A stretch of 64,000 bases of DNA, taken from the NCBI GenBank assembly GCA_963706575.1, contig CAVPNL010000006.1:896001-960000 (forward strand), read 5' to 3'. Under the pieces are notes generated by a model. That model did not search any database. It saw only the letters and a program-made list of their open reading frames with translations, and was not told the DNA's origin. The DNA comes from an uncultured delta proteobacterium. Its GTDB lineage: Bacteria; Desulfobacterota; Desulfobacteria; Desulfobacterales; JAHEIW01. This document shows, in pieces, positions 40,869 through 50,972 of this stretch (position 1 is its first letter; every line of letters starts with the position of its first letter). The translations under genes were made by a program, and so were the position numbers.

Positions 40869-41828
40869 TTATTTAGGGGATTTGCTGAATTCCAAATCAT
40901 ATTCGCGCATAGCTCTTTCCGGGGGATCCACGTGCACAATCACATCCAAAACTTCCTGAATGGCATCAATGATGCGTGCTTTGACATCATCGGCGATATC
41001 ATGGCCTTGCCGCACGGTTATCAATCCATCAACAACGATATGCAGATCCACCTGAATGCTGGAGCTGATATAGCGTGTTCGAATGTCATGAACCTGCAAA
41101 ACGCCTTCATTTTTGAGCGCAATGTCCTGAATCCTTCTGCGGGTTTCCGTCGGTGCGCCGACATCAATCAGCTCGCTGAGTCCAGGCCAGATGATTTTAA
41201 TCGAAGCGTGCAAGATGAATATAGAAACGACTACGGCTCCAAGGTGATCCAAAAACGACCAGGATGGAAAGACTCTGGCACCGGTCACCGCGATTAAGAC
41301 CGGAATCGAACTAAAGGCATCCGTGCGATGGTGCCATGCGTTGGCGGCCAGGGCAGCGCTTTTCACGCGTCGACCGGTGATGGCGGTCCAGCGGTAAATA
41401 CTTTCTTTGCACACAATTGAAGCCAACGCTGCAGCAACGGCAATCCAACCCGGGGGGGCTGCGTGTTTTTCCTGCAGCGCTGAAATGGCTTTCCATCCGA
41501 TGCCGATGCCAGCAGCGATCAACACGACACCGATAAAAACCGTCACCAGGGTTTCTAAGCGCCGGTGGCCATATGGGTGATTTTCATCCGGTGGACGGGA
41601 CCAGTAATGTGATCCTGCAATCACCGCAATATCCGTTGTCAGATCGGTAAGGCTGTGGATCGCATCCGCGACCAGAGCCTGACTTCTTCCATAAATGCCG
41701 GCAGTGAATTTAATGGCGGCCAGAAATAAATTTACCCAAAGCCCAACCCAGGTAACTTTGCGGACGATCTTTTCCCTATCAGCATCATGTGATGTTGAAG
41801 CTTGTTCACCATTTTCCTTCTGAATCAC
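40869..41828 (-). CDS. Cation diffusion facilitator (FieF-like)
   Basis: SQALVADAIHSLTD, HPYGH, ANAWHHRTDA, VIVHVDP. Confidence 0.92.
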   Translation of the reverse strand: MIQKENGEQASTSHDADREKIVRKVTWVGLWVNLFLAAIKFTAGIYGRSQALVADAIHSLTDLTTDIAVIAGSHYWSRPPDENHPYGHRRLETLVTVFIGVVLIAAGIGIGWKAISALQEKHAAPPGWIAVAAALASIVCKESIYRWTAITGRRVKSAALAANAWHHRTDAFSSIPVLIAVTGARVFPSWSFLDHLGAVVVSIFILHASIKIIWPGLSELIDVGAPTETRRRIQDIALKNEGVLQVHDIRTRYISSSIQVDLHIVVDGLITVRQGHDIADDVKARIIDAIQEVLDVIVHVDPPERAMREYDLEFSKSPK

Positions 41829-42126
41829 TCTATGCGCTCCTCAGTGCGACTCGCTGACGGTTCTAATGAATAGACAGAGTTGCCATTTACGGCATTTTGA
41901 CTTATAAAATAACACTACCTTGAAATTCAATTTAAATAAAGATTAAACCTTTGTTGAGTTAACCCGTTGGCCGGTTGAGCCCGTTGAGCCCTTAGAAAAA
42001 AGGAAAAATGCCTGTTTTTTTGTGTTACCGGCCAACGGGCTTAACCTTGTATCGCGTGACTTTTAGGTGCGGCAGGTGCCTGTGTGTCTGCAGTTAATAA
42101 AAAACTAGAAAAACGGAGGATTGGCG

Positions 42127-43281
42127 ATGAACCTCCTCAACAGTTTTAGTTTCGAATTACCGACGAAAATAGAATACGGCGTCGGCGTGGCCGGGAGACT
42201 GGCCGATGTGATTAAAAGCTTAAATGCCAGAAACATGCTCCTGATCACCGATAAAGGCGTTGTGCGTTCAGGCCTGCTGGAGCGGATTACCGGCCCACTG
42301 GAAGCCCATAAGCTGAAATGGGAGGTATTTGATCGCGTAGAACCCAATCCGAAAGATTATAACGTTCTTGAAGGCACTGAAATCGCGAGCCGGTTTGACC
42401 CGGATTGCCTGGTGGCAATTGGCGGCGGCAGTCCGATCGACTGTGCCAAAGCGATTGCAGTGGTGGCGCGTCAGGGGGGCGCAGTCCGCGACTATGAAGG
42501 ACCCCATAAAATTGGTGCCGATGTGCTGCCGTTGGTCGCCATACCGACCACCGCCGGGACCGGCAGTGAGGTGACCTTTAGCTCGGTGATCACCGATTCC
42601 AGCGAGAAATTTAAATTTAGCATTAAAGATCCCCGAATTGCGCCAAAGGTGGCGCTGCTGGATCCTGAGATGACCCTGACCATGCCCTCGGAACTAACCG
42701 CGTCAACCGGTATGGATGCTTTAACCCATGCCATCGAAGGGTTTACCGCCAATGCTGCGGAACCCATTGCGGATTCCGCGGCGCTTTATGCCATTGAATT
42801 AATTGCCACCTATCTCAGAACCGCCGTGGCTGACGGCAATAATCTGGAAGCAAGGGCGGCAATGTTGCTGGGCAGCGTACTGGCAGGAATTGCCTTTAGC
42901 CATTCCGATGTTGCCGCCGTCCATTGCGTGGCTGAAGCGCTCGGCGGAAAATATGATGCCCCCCATGGGGTTTGTAATGCTGTTGTCTTGCCGGCGGTGA
43001 TGGCATACAACATGGAATACTGCAAGGAGAGATATGCACGGATTGCCGCTGCAATGGGGCTGTCCGATGAAAATGTTGACCAGGCCGCCCGCCAGGCCGT
43101 CAAGGCTGTAGAAAAACTGGCTTGCGATGTTCATCTGCCCGAGTTCAATTCCCTGGGAGTTCAAAAAAACGACCTGGAAGAACTGGCAGTCAACTCGTTT
43201 AAGAACGGAAGCAATATCGATAATCCGCGACCCATGACCAAAGAGGATTATTTAAATCTGTTTCAACTTCTAACCAGCTAG
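42127..43281 (+). CDS. Iron-containing alcohol dehydrogenase
   Basis: GGGSPIDCAK, IPTTAGTGSEVT, GMDALTHAIE, H..AE..GG..HG. Confidence 0.93.
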   Translation: MNLLNSFSFELPTKIEYGVGVAGRLADVIKSLNARNMLLITDKGVVRSGLLERITGPLEAHKLKWEVFDRVEPNPKDYNVLEGTEIASRFDPDCLVAIGGGSPIDCAKAIAVVARQGGAVRDYEGPHKIGADVLPLVAIPTTAGTGSEVTFSSVITDSSEKFKFSIKDPRIAPKVALLDPEMTLTMPSELTASTGMDALTHAIEGFTANAAEPIADSAALYAIELIATYLRTAVADGNNLEARAAMLLGSVLAGIAFSHSDVAAVHCVAEALGGKYDAPHGVCNAVVLPAVMAYNMEYCKERYARIAAAMGLSDENVDQAARQAVKAVEKLACDVHLPEFNSLGVQKNDLEELAVNSFKNGSNIDNPRPMTKEDYLNLFQLLTS

Positions 43282-43581
43282 TACGGGATTCAAAGCCCGC
43301 ATCTTTTACCCGATCGGTTAATGAGTGTCTCGCAAATGCGAGACTTGATGAGCACTTCGCGTATAGCATACGCTCCGTTTGATGAGCGCTTCGCTTGAGG
43401 AAAATTGGAGCGTATTGAAAGGTTGCTTTAGACATCAAGGTCCGAAGGACCGCTCTTCGAGGCTCAAAGAGCCGGTCTTAAAGGCCTTAAGGCCGCTCCA
43501 TCGTCGCATGATGATAAAATAATGTTTTAAGCCATTTAAGACAAAATAAATTATTCACTATTTGTTAACGACAAACCGACG

Positions 43582-44046
43582 ATGAGAATCATCCGCGCGC
43601 AAACCAAAGATCATTATCGACGGGCACGCGAACTATTTCAGCAGTATGCGGACGCTTTGGGTTTTGATCTTGAATTTCAGGGATTCAGTCACGAGCTGGC
43701 GACGCTTTCCGGAGAGTATGCGCCGCCAAAAGGCTGTATTCTTCTGGCTGAAAGTGAAGAAGAAATTGTTGGGTGCGTGGCCCTGCGTCCCCTTGAAAAA
43801 ATGATTTGCGAAATGAAGCGGCTTTACGTCGTCCCCGGCTATCGCAACCGAAAAATTGGGCGGGCGCTGGCAGAGGCCGTCATTGACCAGGCGCGCACGA
43901 GTGGCTATGAGCGCATGCGTCTTGATACCATTGAATCCATGACAGCAGCTCAGGCGCTTTATCATTCACTGGGTTTTCGGTCGATAAAACCGTATCGCTA
44001 TAATCCCCTTAATAATCCGTCCTATTTTGAACTGAACTTGCGTTAA
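43582..44046 (+). CDS. GNAT acetyltransferase
   Basis: GCVALR, CEMKRLYV, RKIGRAL, RLDT, ALYHSLGF. Confidence 0.9.
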   Translation: MRIIRAQTKDHYRRARELFQQYADALGFDLEFQGFSHELATLSGEYAPPKGCILLAESEEEIVGCVALRPLEKMICEMKRLYVVPGYRNRKIGRALAEAVIDQARTSGYERMRLDTIESMTAAQALYHSLGFRSIKPYRYNPLNNPSYFELNLR

Positions 44047-44061
44047 TAAAAGGAGATACAA

Positions 44062-44808
44062 ATGGGTCACAAAAAACTGTCAGGTAAAATTGCGCTGGTG
44101 ACCGGATCATCCCGCGGAATCGGCCGTGCGATGGTTGAACGATTGAGCCGGGATGGTGCCTCAGTCGCCATCAATTATGTCAGCAATTCAGAAAAAGCTG
44201 AAGAAGTCGTTGCCGCGATTACGTCTGGCGGCGGCTCAGCCGTTGCTCTGCAGGCGGATGTTTCCAGGATCGAAGGCATCCAGCGGCTTTTTGAAAAGAC
44301 GCTTGAGCATTTCGGTCGGCTGGATATTCTGGTAAATAACGCCGGGATCCGCATCACCCAAACCGTTGCGGATATCCAGGAAGAAGAATTTGATCGACTG
44401 TTTGCCATCAATGTCAAGGGACCATTTTTTGCCTGTCAGCAAGCCGCTCATCGAATTTCCGACGGTGGAAGGATCATCAATGTTTCCTCTGCCGTCACGC
44501 GAATGATGCTGCCCGGCTATTCCATTTACGCGGCCAGCAAGGCGGCTGTTGATCAGCTCACCCGGGTGTTGGCTAAAGAGATGGGGGGGCGGCAGGTCAC
44601 GGTCAATGCAGTTTCTCCAGGGCCGGTGGACACTGCGCTTTTGCGAAAGGGCAAAACAGAAGAACAGATTCAACAGATGGCTCAAATGGCTGCATTTAAC
44701 CGCATTGGTAAAGTGGAAGATATAGCGGACGTTGTTGCCTTTCTGGCCAGCGACGACGCCAGATGGATTACCGGGCAGATCATCCATGCCAATGGTGGCT
44801 GCATTTAG
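44062..44808 (+). CDS. Short-chain dehydrogenase/reductase
   Basis: TGSSRGIG, NNAG, YAASK, VSPGP. Confidence 0.93.
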   Translation: MGHKKLSGKIALVTGSSRGIGRAMVERLSRDGASVAINYVSNSEKAEEVVAAITSGGGSAVALQADVSRIEGIQRLFEKTLEHFGRLDILVNNAGIRITQTVADIQEEEFDRLFAINVKGPFFACQQAAHRISDGGRIINVSSAVTRMMLPGYSIYAASKAAVDQLTRVLAKEMGGRQVTVNAVSPGPVDTALLRKGKTEEQIQQMAQMAAFNRIGKVEDIADVVAFLASDDARWITGQIIHANGGCI

Positions 44809-44897
44809 TTTCCATTTCAGAAATGGAAACTATAGCTTTTTATTTTTTTATGTTAACATTTTAATCTGAATAACAACGGCCATAGGAGTCGTCGGGC

Positions 44898-45383
44898 GTG
44901 AAAATATCATTAATTGCAGCGATGGCCAAGAATCGGGTGATTGGCAACCAAGGAGATATTCCCTGGAGAATCCCGGGGGAGCAGAAGATTTTTAAGAAAA
45001 TCACCCTGGGGCATGCGGTGATTATGGGAAGAAAAACCTTTGAATCTCTCGATCAACCCCTTCGTGGCAGAACCAATATCATCGTTACCCGGCAAAAGGA
45101 TTACCGTGCAAAAGGATGCCTGGTGGCCCATGATCTTGCAACAGCCATAAAATGCTGCCCGGTAGACGAGGAGGAAGCCTTTATTTGTGGCGGCGGTCAA
45201 CTCTATCACGAAGCGCTTCCCCTGGCTGATCGCATCTATTTAACGGTGATTCCCAGGGAAATACCTGGAGATACCTATTTCCCGGATATTTCGTTGACTG
45301 AATTTCAGGTGAGCCAATCAGAATCGATTCAGGTAGAGGGAGTCGAACCTTACGACTTTTTTATTTATGAAAGAATCACATGA
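44898..45383 (+). CDS. folA: Dihydrofolate reductase
   Basis: IAAMAKNRVIG..IPW, IMGRKTFES, RTNIIVTR, GGGQLY, GDTYFP. Confidence 0.92.
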   Translation: MKISLIAAMAKNRVIGNQGDIPWRIPGEQKIFKKITLGHAVIMGRKTFESLDQPLRGRTNIIVTRQKDYRAKGCLVAHDLATAIKCCPVDEEEAFICGGGQLYHEALPLADRIYLTVIPREIPGDTYFPDISLTEFQVSQSESIQVEGVEPYDFFIYERIT

Positions 45384-45853
45384 GTATGAAAACATTTAAT
45401 CCCGATTACATAAAGCGAATCAGTGAAATCGTTAGCACCAGCCCGTATTTTCAATTGCTGTCCATGAAGCTGGTGGATGTGGGCGTCGGCTGTTCTTCTC
45501 TTGAAATCGATCTGACCCAAAAGCATTTGCAGCCCTTCGGAAAGGTTCATGGCGGTGTGTTTTCTTCCATCATCGATGCAGCCGCGTTTTGGGCGGTTTA
45601 CCCCGGGATCGAAGATCAAACGGCCGGTCTGACCACTGTTGATCTGAAATTAAACTACCTGGCACCGGCGGCATCCGGCAAATTAATTGCCAGAGGCCGT
45701 CAGATTAAACTGGGCAGGACCCTTGGATACGCTGAAGCGGAGGTTCTCGATGAGACCGGAAAGATTCTGGCACATGGCACTTCGACCGTAATCATTATGC
45801 CCGGTAAGGCGCTAGAAGCCGACCCGCCGCTGCCCCCGAAATTTATCGACTAA
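45380..45853 (+). CDS. PaaI-family thioesterase
   Basis: VHGGVFSSIID, TTVDLKLNYLAP, GRTLG. Confidence 0.9.
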   Translation: MSMKTFNPDYIKRISEIVSTSPYFQLLSMKLVDVGVGCSSLEIDLTQKHLQPFGKVHGGVFSSIIDAAAFWAVYPGIEDQTAGLTTVDLKLNYLAPAASGKLIARGRQIKLGRTLGYAEAEVLDETGKILAHGTSTVIIMPGKALEADPPLPPKFID

Positions 45854-45880
45854 AAAACGCGTTTATGCGATTTTTAATTA

Positions 45881-46022
45881 GAACCCATCTCAAAAATGTC
45901 TTTTGGCCCAATATTTTTGTTGGTACCTCGCTTCAAATCCTCGACATACAACAGTATGCCTCCGGTATGAAGCTCGGCTCCGCCTCGATCTTGAACCAAA
46001 ATCCTATTTTTGAGATGGCTTC
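45881..46022. mobile_element. 142-bp MITE-like element, copy 2, flanked by TA
   Basis: ta-gaacccatctcaaaaat...atttttgagatggcttc-ta. Confidence 0.85.
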
Positions 46023-46049
46023 TATTTGAGAGGTCAGGGAGTTTTTTTC

Positions 46050-46120
46050 GTAATGCCCGCGTCGGCGGGCATCCAGTCATAAAATAAACAGTTCTGGATT
46101 CCCGCCTTCGCGGGAATGAC
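46050..46120. repeat. REP-like GTCATTCCCGCG..GCGGGAATCCAG inverted pair
   Basis: gtaatgcccgcgtcggcgggcatccag ... ctggattcccgccttcgcgggaatgac. Confidence 0.7.
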
Positions 46121-46190
46121 AAACTTGCAATGGAGAAAATTTCCGACCCCTGAATTATTTAATAGAATTCGGATTATAGAGGAGAGACCC

Positions 46191-46685
46191 ATGAGTGAGA
46201 CCCAAACCCAAAAATACGGATGGAATCCGGATATGTCCCCATCATTGCTGGATAAACTGAAAGGCGATCTGAAACAGTCCATGCTGAATAGGGACGTGGA
46301 GGCCCGCAGTGCCATCCGACAAATTATGGCTGAATTTCCCAAACTGACCGTGCCCATCACCCTGGAAAGCGGCAAAAAATCGACGCGACTTAAAACCAAT
46401 GAAGAGATTACCAATGATGACATTGTCGGCATCATCCAGGGGTTGGTAAAATCCGAACGGGTGGTGCTCGAGGCCAAGAATGAAGAATCTTCAGACTACC
46501 TCAACATCCTGCAACTGTATTTGCCCAAGATGGCCTCTCGTGCAGAGATCATTGCCTGGATCAGTGACAACATTGACTTTTCCGAATACAAGAACAAAAT
46601 GCAGGCCATGGGTTCAATAATGAAGCACTTCGGCAAACAGGCTGATGGCAAGATGGTGAATGAGATCTTGCAGGAATGGGAATAA
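46191..46685 (+). CDS. GatB/YqeY domain protein
   Basis: LKGDLKQSM, YLPKMAS, MGSIMKHFGKQADGK. GAGGAG RBS precedes ATG 46191. Confidence 0.8.
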   Translation: MSETQTQKYGWNPDMSPSLLDKLKGDLKQSMLNRDVEARSAIRQIMAEFPKLTVPITLESGKKSTRLKTNEEITNDDIVGIIQGLVKSERVVLEAKNEESSDYLNILQLYLPKMASRAEIIAWISDNIDFSEYKNKMQAMGSIMKHFGKQADGKMVNEILQEWE

Positions 46686-46689
46686 AACC

Positions 46690-46818
46690 AGAAGTGATTT
46701 CAAAACCCCATCTCCCCGCTTCAGAGGGGCTTTGATGCACACATTAATGTGTTAAAATCAAGACGTGTAATCCCGCGTTCAAGCGGGAAACCTAATCTGA
46801 GGTTTTGAAACCACTTCT
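46690..46818. mobile_element. 129-bp MITE-like element with 18-bp TIRs (second family)
   Basis: agaagtgatttcaaaacc ... ggttttgaaaccacttct. A collapsed relative agaagtggtttcaaaaccactt lies at 39351-39372. Confidence 0.65.
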
Positions 46819-46865
46819 AATGAAACTGCGCGTCGCGGAGGCGCCGGCGCCGGGAAGGAATCTGC

Positions 46866-47792
46866 ATGTTAAAGCGATGCCTTTTAAATATTAGATTAAA
46901 CTTTGTGTTGTTTGTTTTTTTTCTGCCGGCATTTTTGATTGCCACTTCATTGGGCTTGCAGGCAAAGACCGCAGCCGTTGAGCAGACCACCAAAAGCTGT
47001 CTATGGACGGTTGACACCGCTTCGAATAAAATTTACCTGCTGGGCTCCCTGCATCTTCTCAAGCCGAACGCATACCCCTTAGACGCTGCTATCGAAAAGG
47101 CCTATGCTGACAGCAGGGTCGTCATATTTGAAACCGATATTGCAGCTTTGCAGACGCCGGGCGTGCAGGCCAAGCTGCTGGAAATGGGCATCTATCCGAC
47201 CGAGCACAACCTGTTTCAGAATCTGGATGGAAACAGCCGACAGCAGCTCGAGAAGAAAATGAGCGAAATCGGCCTGCCGTTAGAACAATTCTCCCGGTTC
47301 AAGCCCTGGTTGGTGGCATTGACCCTGACAACATTAGAGCTTCAGCGGATGGGATATAATCCCGCTTATGGTATTGATGTTTACTTTTTTAATAAGGCCA
47401 GCGCCGATGGCAAAGAGATCGGTTTTCTGGAACCCGCGGAGTTTCAGATAAACCTGCTGGGCAACATGGTTGAACAGGATCAATACGATTTTTTAAGTCA
47501 GACCTTAAATGACCTGGAGGTCGTCAATGAGTTGGCCGGGGATCTGGTCAAGTCCTGGAAAGACGGGGATGCGGATAAACTGCATAAATTGTTGTCTAAG
47601 AGTTTCAAGGATTATCCGCACCTGCATGACCGCCTGCTGATTCAGCGAAATAAAAACTGGGTTGGGCAAATTGAAGGCGCGATGCGGAAAAATAAAAATG
47701 TTCTTTTTGTCGTGGGTGCCGGTCATCTAGTGGGTCCGGAAAGTGTGGTCGATTTGCTAAAGGAAAAAGGGTATCGGGTAAAACAGCAATGA
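46866..47792 (+). CDS. TraB/GumN (Tiki) family protein
   Basis: YLLGSLH, GID, LE..EFQ, RNKNW, VVGAGHL, signal peptide. Confidence 0.88.
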   Translation: MLKRCLLNIRLNFVLFVFFLPAFLIATSLGLQAKTAAVEQTTKSCLWTVDTASNKIYLLGSLHLLKPNAYPLDAAIEKAYADSRVVIFETDIAALQTPGVQAKLLEMGIYPTEHNLFQNLDGNSRQQLEKKMSEIGLPLEQFSRFKPWLVALTLTTLELQRMGYNPAYGIDVYFFNKASADGKEIGFLEPAEFQINLLGNMVEQDQYDFLSQTLNDLEVVNELAGDLVKSWKDGDADKLHKLLSKSFKDYPHLHDRLLIQRNKNWVGQIEGAMRKNKNVLFVVGAGHLVGPESVVDLLKEKGYRVKQQ

Positions 47793-48607
47793 AAGAAACG
47801 GGTGCAGGCAGCGCATGGCGGATGAAGCTTCACGAGGTCATCTTTGAAGCCGACACACCGGCCGGCAAATGGTTTGATGTTTTACTGATTTTGGCCATAT
47901 TGATCAGTGTTGTGATGGTCATGCTCGATAGTGTCGGCACGATCCAAAAGTCATACGGCCCTATTTTATTGGCCGGCGAGTGGTTTTTTACGATTTTATT
48001 TACCATCGAATACCTTTTGCGATTACTGAGTGTGGGGCGACCGCTTGCCTATGCCACCAGCTTTTTCGGTGTTGTCGACCTTTTGGCGATTTTGCCCACC
48101 TTCCTAAGTATACTCATTCCGGGAGCGCAGTATCTGCTGGTTATACGAATACTGCGGGTTCTGCGCATTTTCCGAATTCTTAAACTGGTGCAATATCTGG
48201 GTGAGGCCCGCATGCTTACCCAGGCCTTGCGTGCCAGTCGACGCAAAATCACCGTTTTTTTATTTGTGGTGTTGACGCTGGTAACCATTTTCGGTTCCTT
48301 GATCTATCTTATCGAAGATCCCAAAGACGGTTTCACCAGCATACCCAAAAGCATTTACTGGTCGATTGTTACGCTGACCACCGTCGGTTATGGTGACATG
48401 TCGCCCCAGACCGGCTTGGGTCAGTTGCTTTCGTCACTGATTATGATTATTGGTTATGGTATTATCGCCGTTCCGACGGGGATCGTAACGGTCGAATTGG
48501 CACAGGCCTTTAAACGCCAGATTTCCACCCAGGCCTGCCCGGAATGCAGCGCCGAGGGACATGACATTGATGCCAAACATTGTAAGTATTGCGGGTCCAG
48601 GCTATGA
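47789..48607 (+). CDS. Voltage-gated potassium channel / ion transporter
   Basis: S4 RILRVLRIFRILK, selectivity filter TTVGYGD, C-terminal CxxC..CxxC. Confidence 0.92.
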   Translation: MKETGAGSAWRMKLHEVIFEADTPAGKWFDVLLILAILISVVMVMLDSVGTIQKSYGPILLAGEWFFTILFTIEYLLRLLSVGRPLAYATSFFGVVDLLAILPTFLSILIPGAQYLLVIRILRVLRIFRILKLVQYLGEARMLTQALRASRRKITVFLFVVLTLVTIFGSLIYLIEDPKDGFTSIPKSIYWSIVTLTTVGYGDMSPQTGLGQLLSSLIMIIGYGIIAVPTGIVTVELAQAFKRQISTQACPECSAEGHDIDAKHCKYCGSRL

Positions 48608-48631
48608 GAAATGATGAAATATTGATTGTTT

Positions 48632-48727
48632 ACCACAGAGGGCACAGAGCACCCAGAGAAAAATCAAAAATGTGATAATTGCGTTAATAAAGTATCTAGT
48701 CTCTGTGCTCTCTGTGTTTTCTGTGGT
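48632..48727. repeat. 9-nt-period CCAC...GTGG inverted element
   Basis: accacagagggcacagagcacccagag ... ctctgtgctctctgtgttttctgtggt. Confidence 0.75.
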
Positions 48728-48765
48728 GAAAATATACATAATTAGGTATTGGTAATGGTATCCCT

Positions 48766-49821
48766 ATGTTCAATGTATTTTACGGATTTAGATTTATGAC
48801 GATATGTTTTATCTGCCTGTCGGCCTTAAACTGCGCGGCTCAAACCCCCTCGGCAGACAAACCCCACCACACCCATAGCGGGTTCAAGAATGTCCATTCA
48901 TACGAGGAAAATGATTTCTGGGATTTCTTAAAATGGCGTCGCGAAAGAGCAAAAATGGATATTCCGGGTCCGGAAAGCTATGATTTTCCATTAGCGAAAA
49001 ACGATCCGGACTTCTTAAAGCAAAATCGAGACAGGAACACCGTGACCTGGATCGGGCATGCCACCGTATTGCTACAGATGGCGGGTTACAATATCTTGAC
49101 GGATCCTCATTTTTCCAAACGGACTTCACCGGTCCAGTGGGCCGGTCCCGAACGGGTTGCGCCTCTGGGACTGGCGCTTGAAGATCTGCCGCCCATCGAC
49201 ATCGTTGTTATTTCACACGACCATTTTGATGCGCTGGATGAACAATCCATAAAGAAATTGCGCCAGAGACCCGGCGGAGAAAAAACGCGGTTTTATGTTC
49301 CGTTAGGGCTGAAGAACTGGTTGGCGATCCGGGGTGTCGATAATGTGTTTGCAATGGATTGGTGGGACCGTCACCAGGACGAACGTCTTGAAATTATTGC
49401 GGTCCCGGTCCAACACTGGAGCAAACGCAGTATGTTTTCGAGAAATAAAACCCTCTGGGCCGGCTGGGTGATCAACGCCGATGCCTTTCGGTTCATTTTC
49501 GTCGGCGATACCGGATACACACCGCATTTCAAAGAAATCGGCGAAAAACTGGGGCCATTTGATCTGGCGGCCATACCGATTGGCGCCTACGAACCGCGCT
49601 GGTTTATGGCCCGGCATCATGTAAATCCCATAGAATCGGTTCAAATCCACAAGGATATTGGATCCAAAAAATCAATGGCGATCCACTGGGGCACCTTTAT
49701 ATTAACCGATGAACCTTTGGATGAACCCCCAAAAAAACTGGCCGCCGCTTTGCAGGAAAATCAGATTCCCGCTGAAGATTTTTTAGTGCTGCAACACGGC
49801 CAAACCGTCATCCTGGAATAA
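48766..49821 (+). CDS. MBL-fold metallo-hydrolase (NAPE-PLD/RomA-like)
   Basis: WIGHAT, ILTDP, SHDHFDALD, QHWS, GDTGY, PIGAYEP, IHWGTF. Confidence 0.9.
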   Translation: MFNVFYGFRFMTICFICLSALNCAAQTPSADKPHHTHSGFKNVHSYEENDFWDFLKWRRERAKMDIPGPESYDFPLAKNDPDFLKQNRDRNTVTWIGHATVLLQMAGYNILTDPHFSKRTSPVQWAGPERVAPLGLALEDLPPIDIVVISHDHFDALDEQSIKKLRQRPGGEKTRFYVPLGLKNWLAIRGVDNVFAMDWWDRHQDERLEIIAVPVQHWSKRSMFSRNKTLWAGWVINADAFRFIFVGDTGYTPHFKEIGEKLGPFDLAAIPIGAYEPRWFMARHHVNPIESVQIHKDIGSKKSMAIHWGTFILTDEPLDEPPKKLAAALQENQIPAEDFLVLQHGQTVILE

Positions 49822-49834
49822 GCTCTAAAAGATT

Positions 49835-49914
49835 ACCACAGAGGTCACAGAGCCCACAGAGATTTAATACAGGCAAGACTATTTTAACTTTTTTTCTCTG
49901 TGCTCTCTATGGTG
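49835..49914. repeat. 9-nt-period CCAC...(G/A)TGG inverted element
   Basis: accacagaggtcacagagcccacagag ... ctctgtgctctctatggt. Confidence 0.7.
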
Positions 49915-49934
49915 AATCAATCTGAAAGGCTAAC

Positions 49935-50429
49935 ATGAAATTTTGCCCCAAATGCGGCCGGGATTTAAAGCCGGCTGAAATAGACGGCCGGACCCGGTTA
50001 GGTTGTTCATCCGAAATCTGTGATTATGTATTTTGGGACAATCCGACGCCTGTTGTGGCGGCTTTAGTGGAACGCGAAGGCATTGTGGTTCTGGTTCGTA
50101 ACAAAGAATGGCCGCAGAAGATTTACGGCCTGGTTAGCGGGTTTCTTGAGAAGAACGAGACGCCTGAATCCGGCATTTTAAGAGAAGTTAAAGAAGAGCT
50201 GGGCCTTATGGGTCAAATTGATGATTTTATCGGTTCTTATTCGTTTTTTGAAATGAATCAACTCATTTTAGCCTATCACGTTCAGGTAAAGGGTGAGATT
50301 GTTTTAGGAGAGGAACTGGCTGAATTTAAAATGGTGCCTCCTGAAAAATTGCGGCCCTGGGCATTCGGTACAGGCTATGCGGTTAAAGACTGGCTGGAAA
50401 AGAGAAAAACAAAGCTTGCCGAAGACTAA
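49935..50429 (+). CDS. NUDIX hydrolase with N-terminal zinc ribbon
   Basis: MKFCPKCG, WDNPTPVV, GFLEKNETPESGILREVKEELG. Confidence 0.9.
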   Translation: MKFCPKCGRDLKPAEIDGRTRLGCSSEICDYVFWDNPTPVVAALVEREGIVVLVRNKEWPQKIYGLVSGFLEKNETPESGILREVKEELGLMGQIDDFIGSYSFFEMNQLILAYHVQVKGEIVLGEELAEFKMVPPEKLRPWAFGTGYAVKDWLEKRKTKLAED

Positions 50430-50557
50430 AATTGCGTATCTCCAAAGCGCTGGACAAAACAGATCGAAGCGTCTAAGATGGTTTCCGGTCAGATGGAAAA
50501 GGCCGCTGGTTGAATCAGCGGCTTGGTATAAGTCGGTTATAAAACAAGAAAGGATAG

Positions 50558-50959
50558 ATGATGCTTTATATTGGTAAATTTCTGCATATGACCAATCAGC
50601 AGCGTACTGAAGAATCGGAAAGAAGGCACGGGGAATTTAACCTGATTGTTCAGGCCCAAAACAGTCAGGAGGCTATTGAATACTTTAAAGCGCGCATCAT
50701 CGATTCCAGGGAAAACAGTGATTTATTTGAAGGTGATTGCGCTATTTATTTTGCTCACCTTTTGGAGATGGAAGAATTTCCCAGTGATCGCGCCAGGATG
50801 CTATATTACAAATCAGTTGCCGGGGATCCGGTTATGCCCTATATTAGCTGCTCAGCCCCGAACGGCGAAACGGACGGATGCCGGATTTTAAACTGGATGA
50901 AGAACCGGCCGGAAATTGACGGCGAAGATGCGAACCTGTTCCTGGAATTTAAGAACTGA
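50558..50959 (+). CDS. Hypothetical protein
   Basis: 133-aa ORF with AAGGA RBS and normal composition; no family recognised. Confidence 0.65.
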   Translation: MMLYIGKFLHMTNQQRTEESERRHGEFNLIVQAQNSQEAIEYFKARIIDSRENSDLFEGDCAIYFAHLLEMEEFPSDRARMLYYKSVAGDPVMPYISCSAPNGETDGCRILNWMKNRPEIDGEDANLFLEFKN

Positions 50960-50972
50960 TACCCGCCTCTGG

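Noticed and set aside
43282..43581. Structured intergenic stretch after the alcohol dehydrogenase
   Set aside because: Short palindromes only, with no second copy or recognisable family in the window.
44898..45383. Acquired dfr trimethoprim-resistance cassette
   Set aside because: There is no integron or attC context, and it sits among ordinary metabolic genes.
46866..47792. Conjugation gene (TraB name)
   Set aside because: TraB/GumN is a Tiki-like hydrolase family, and no conjugation genes are nearby.
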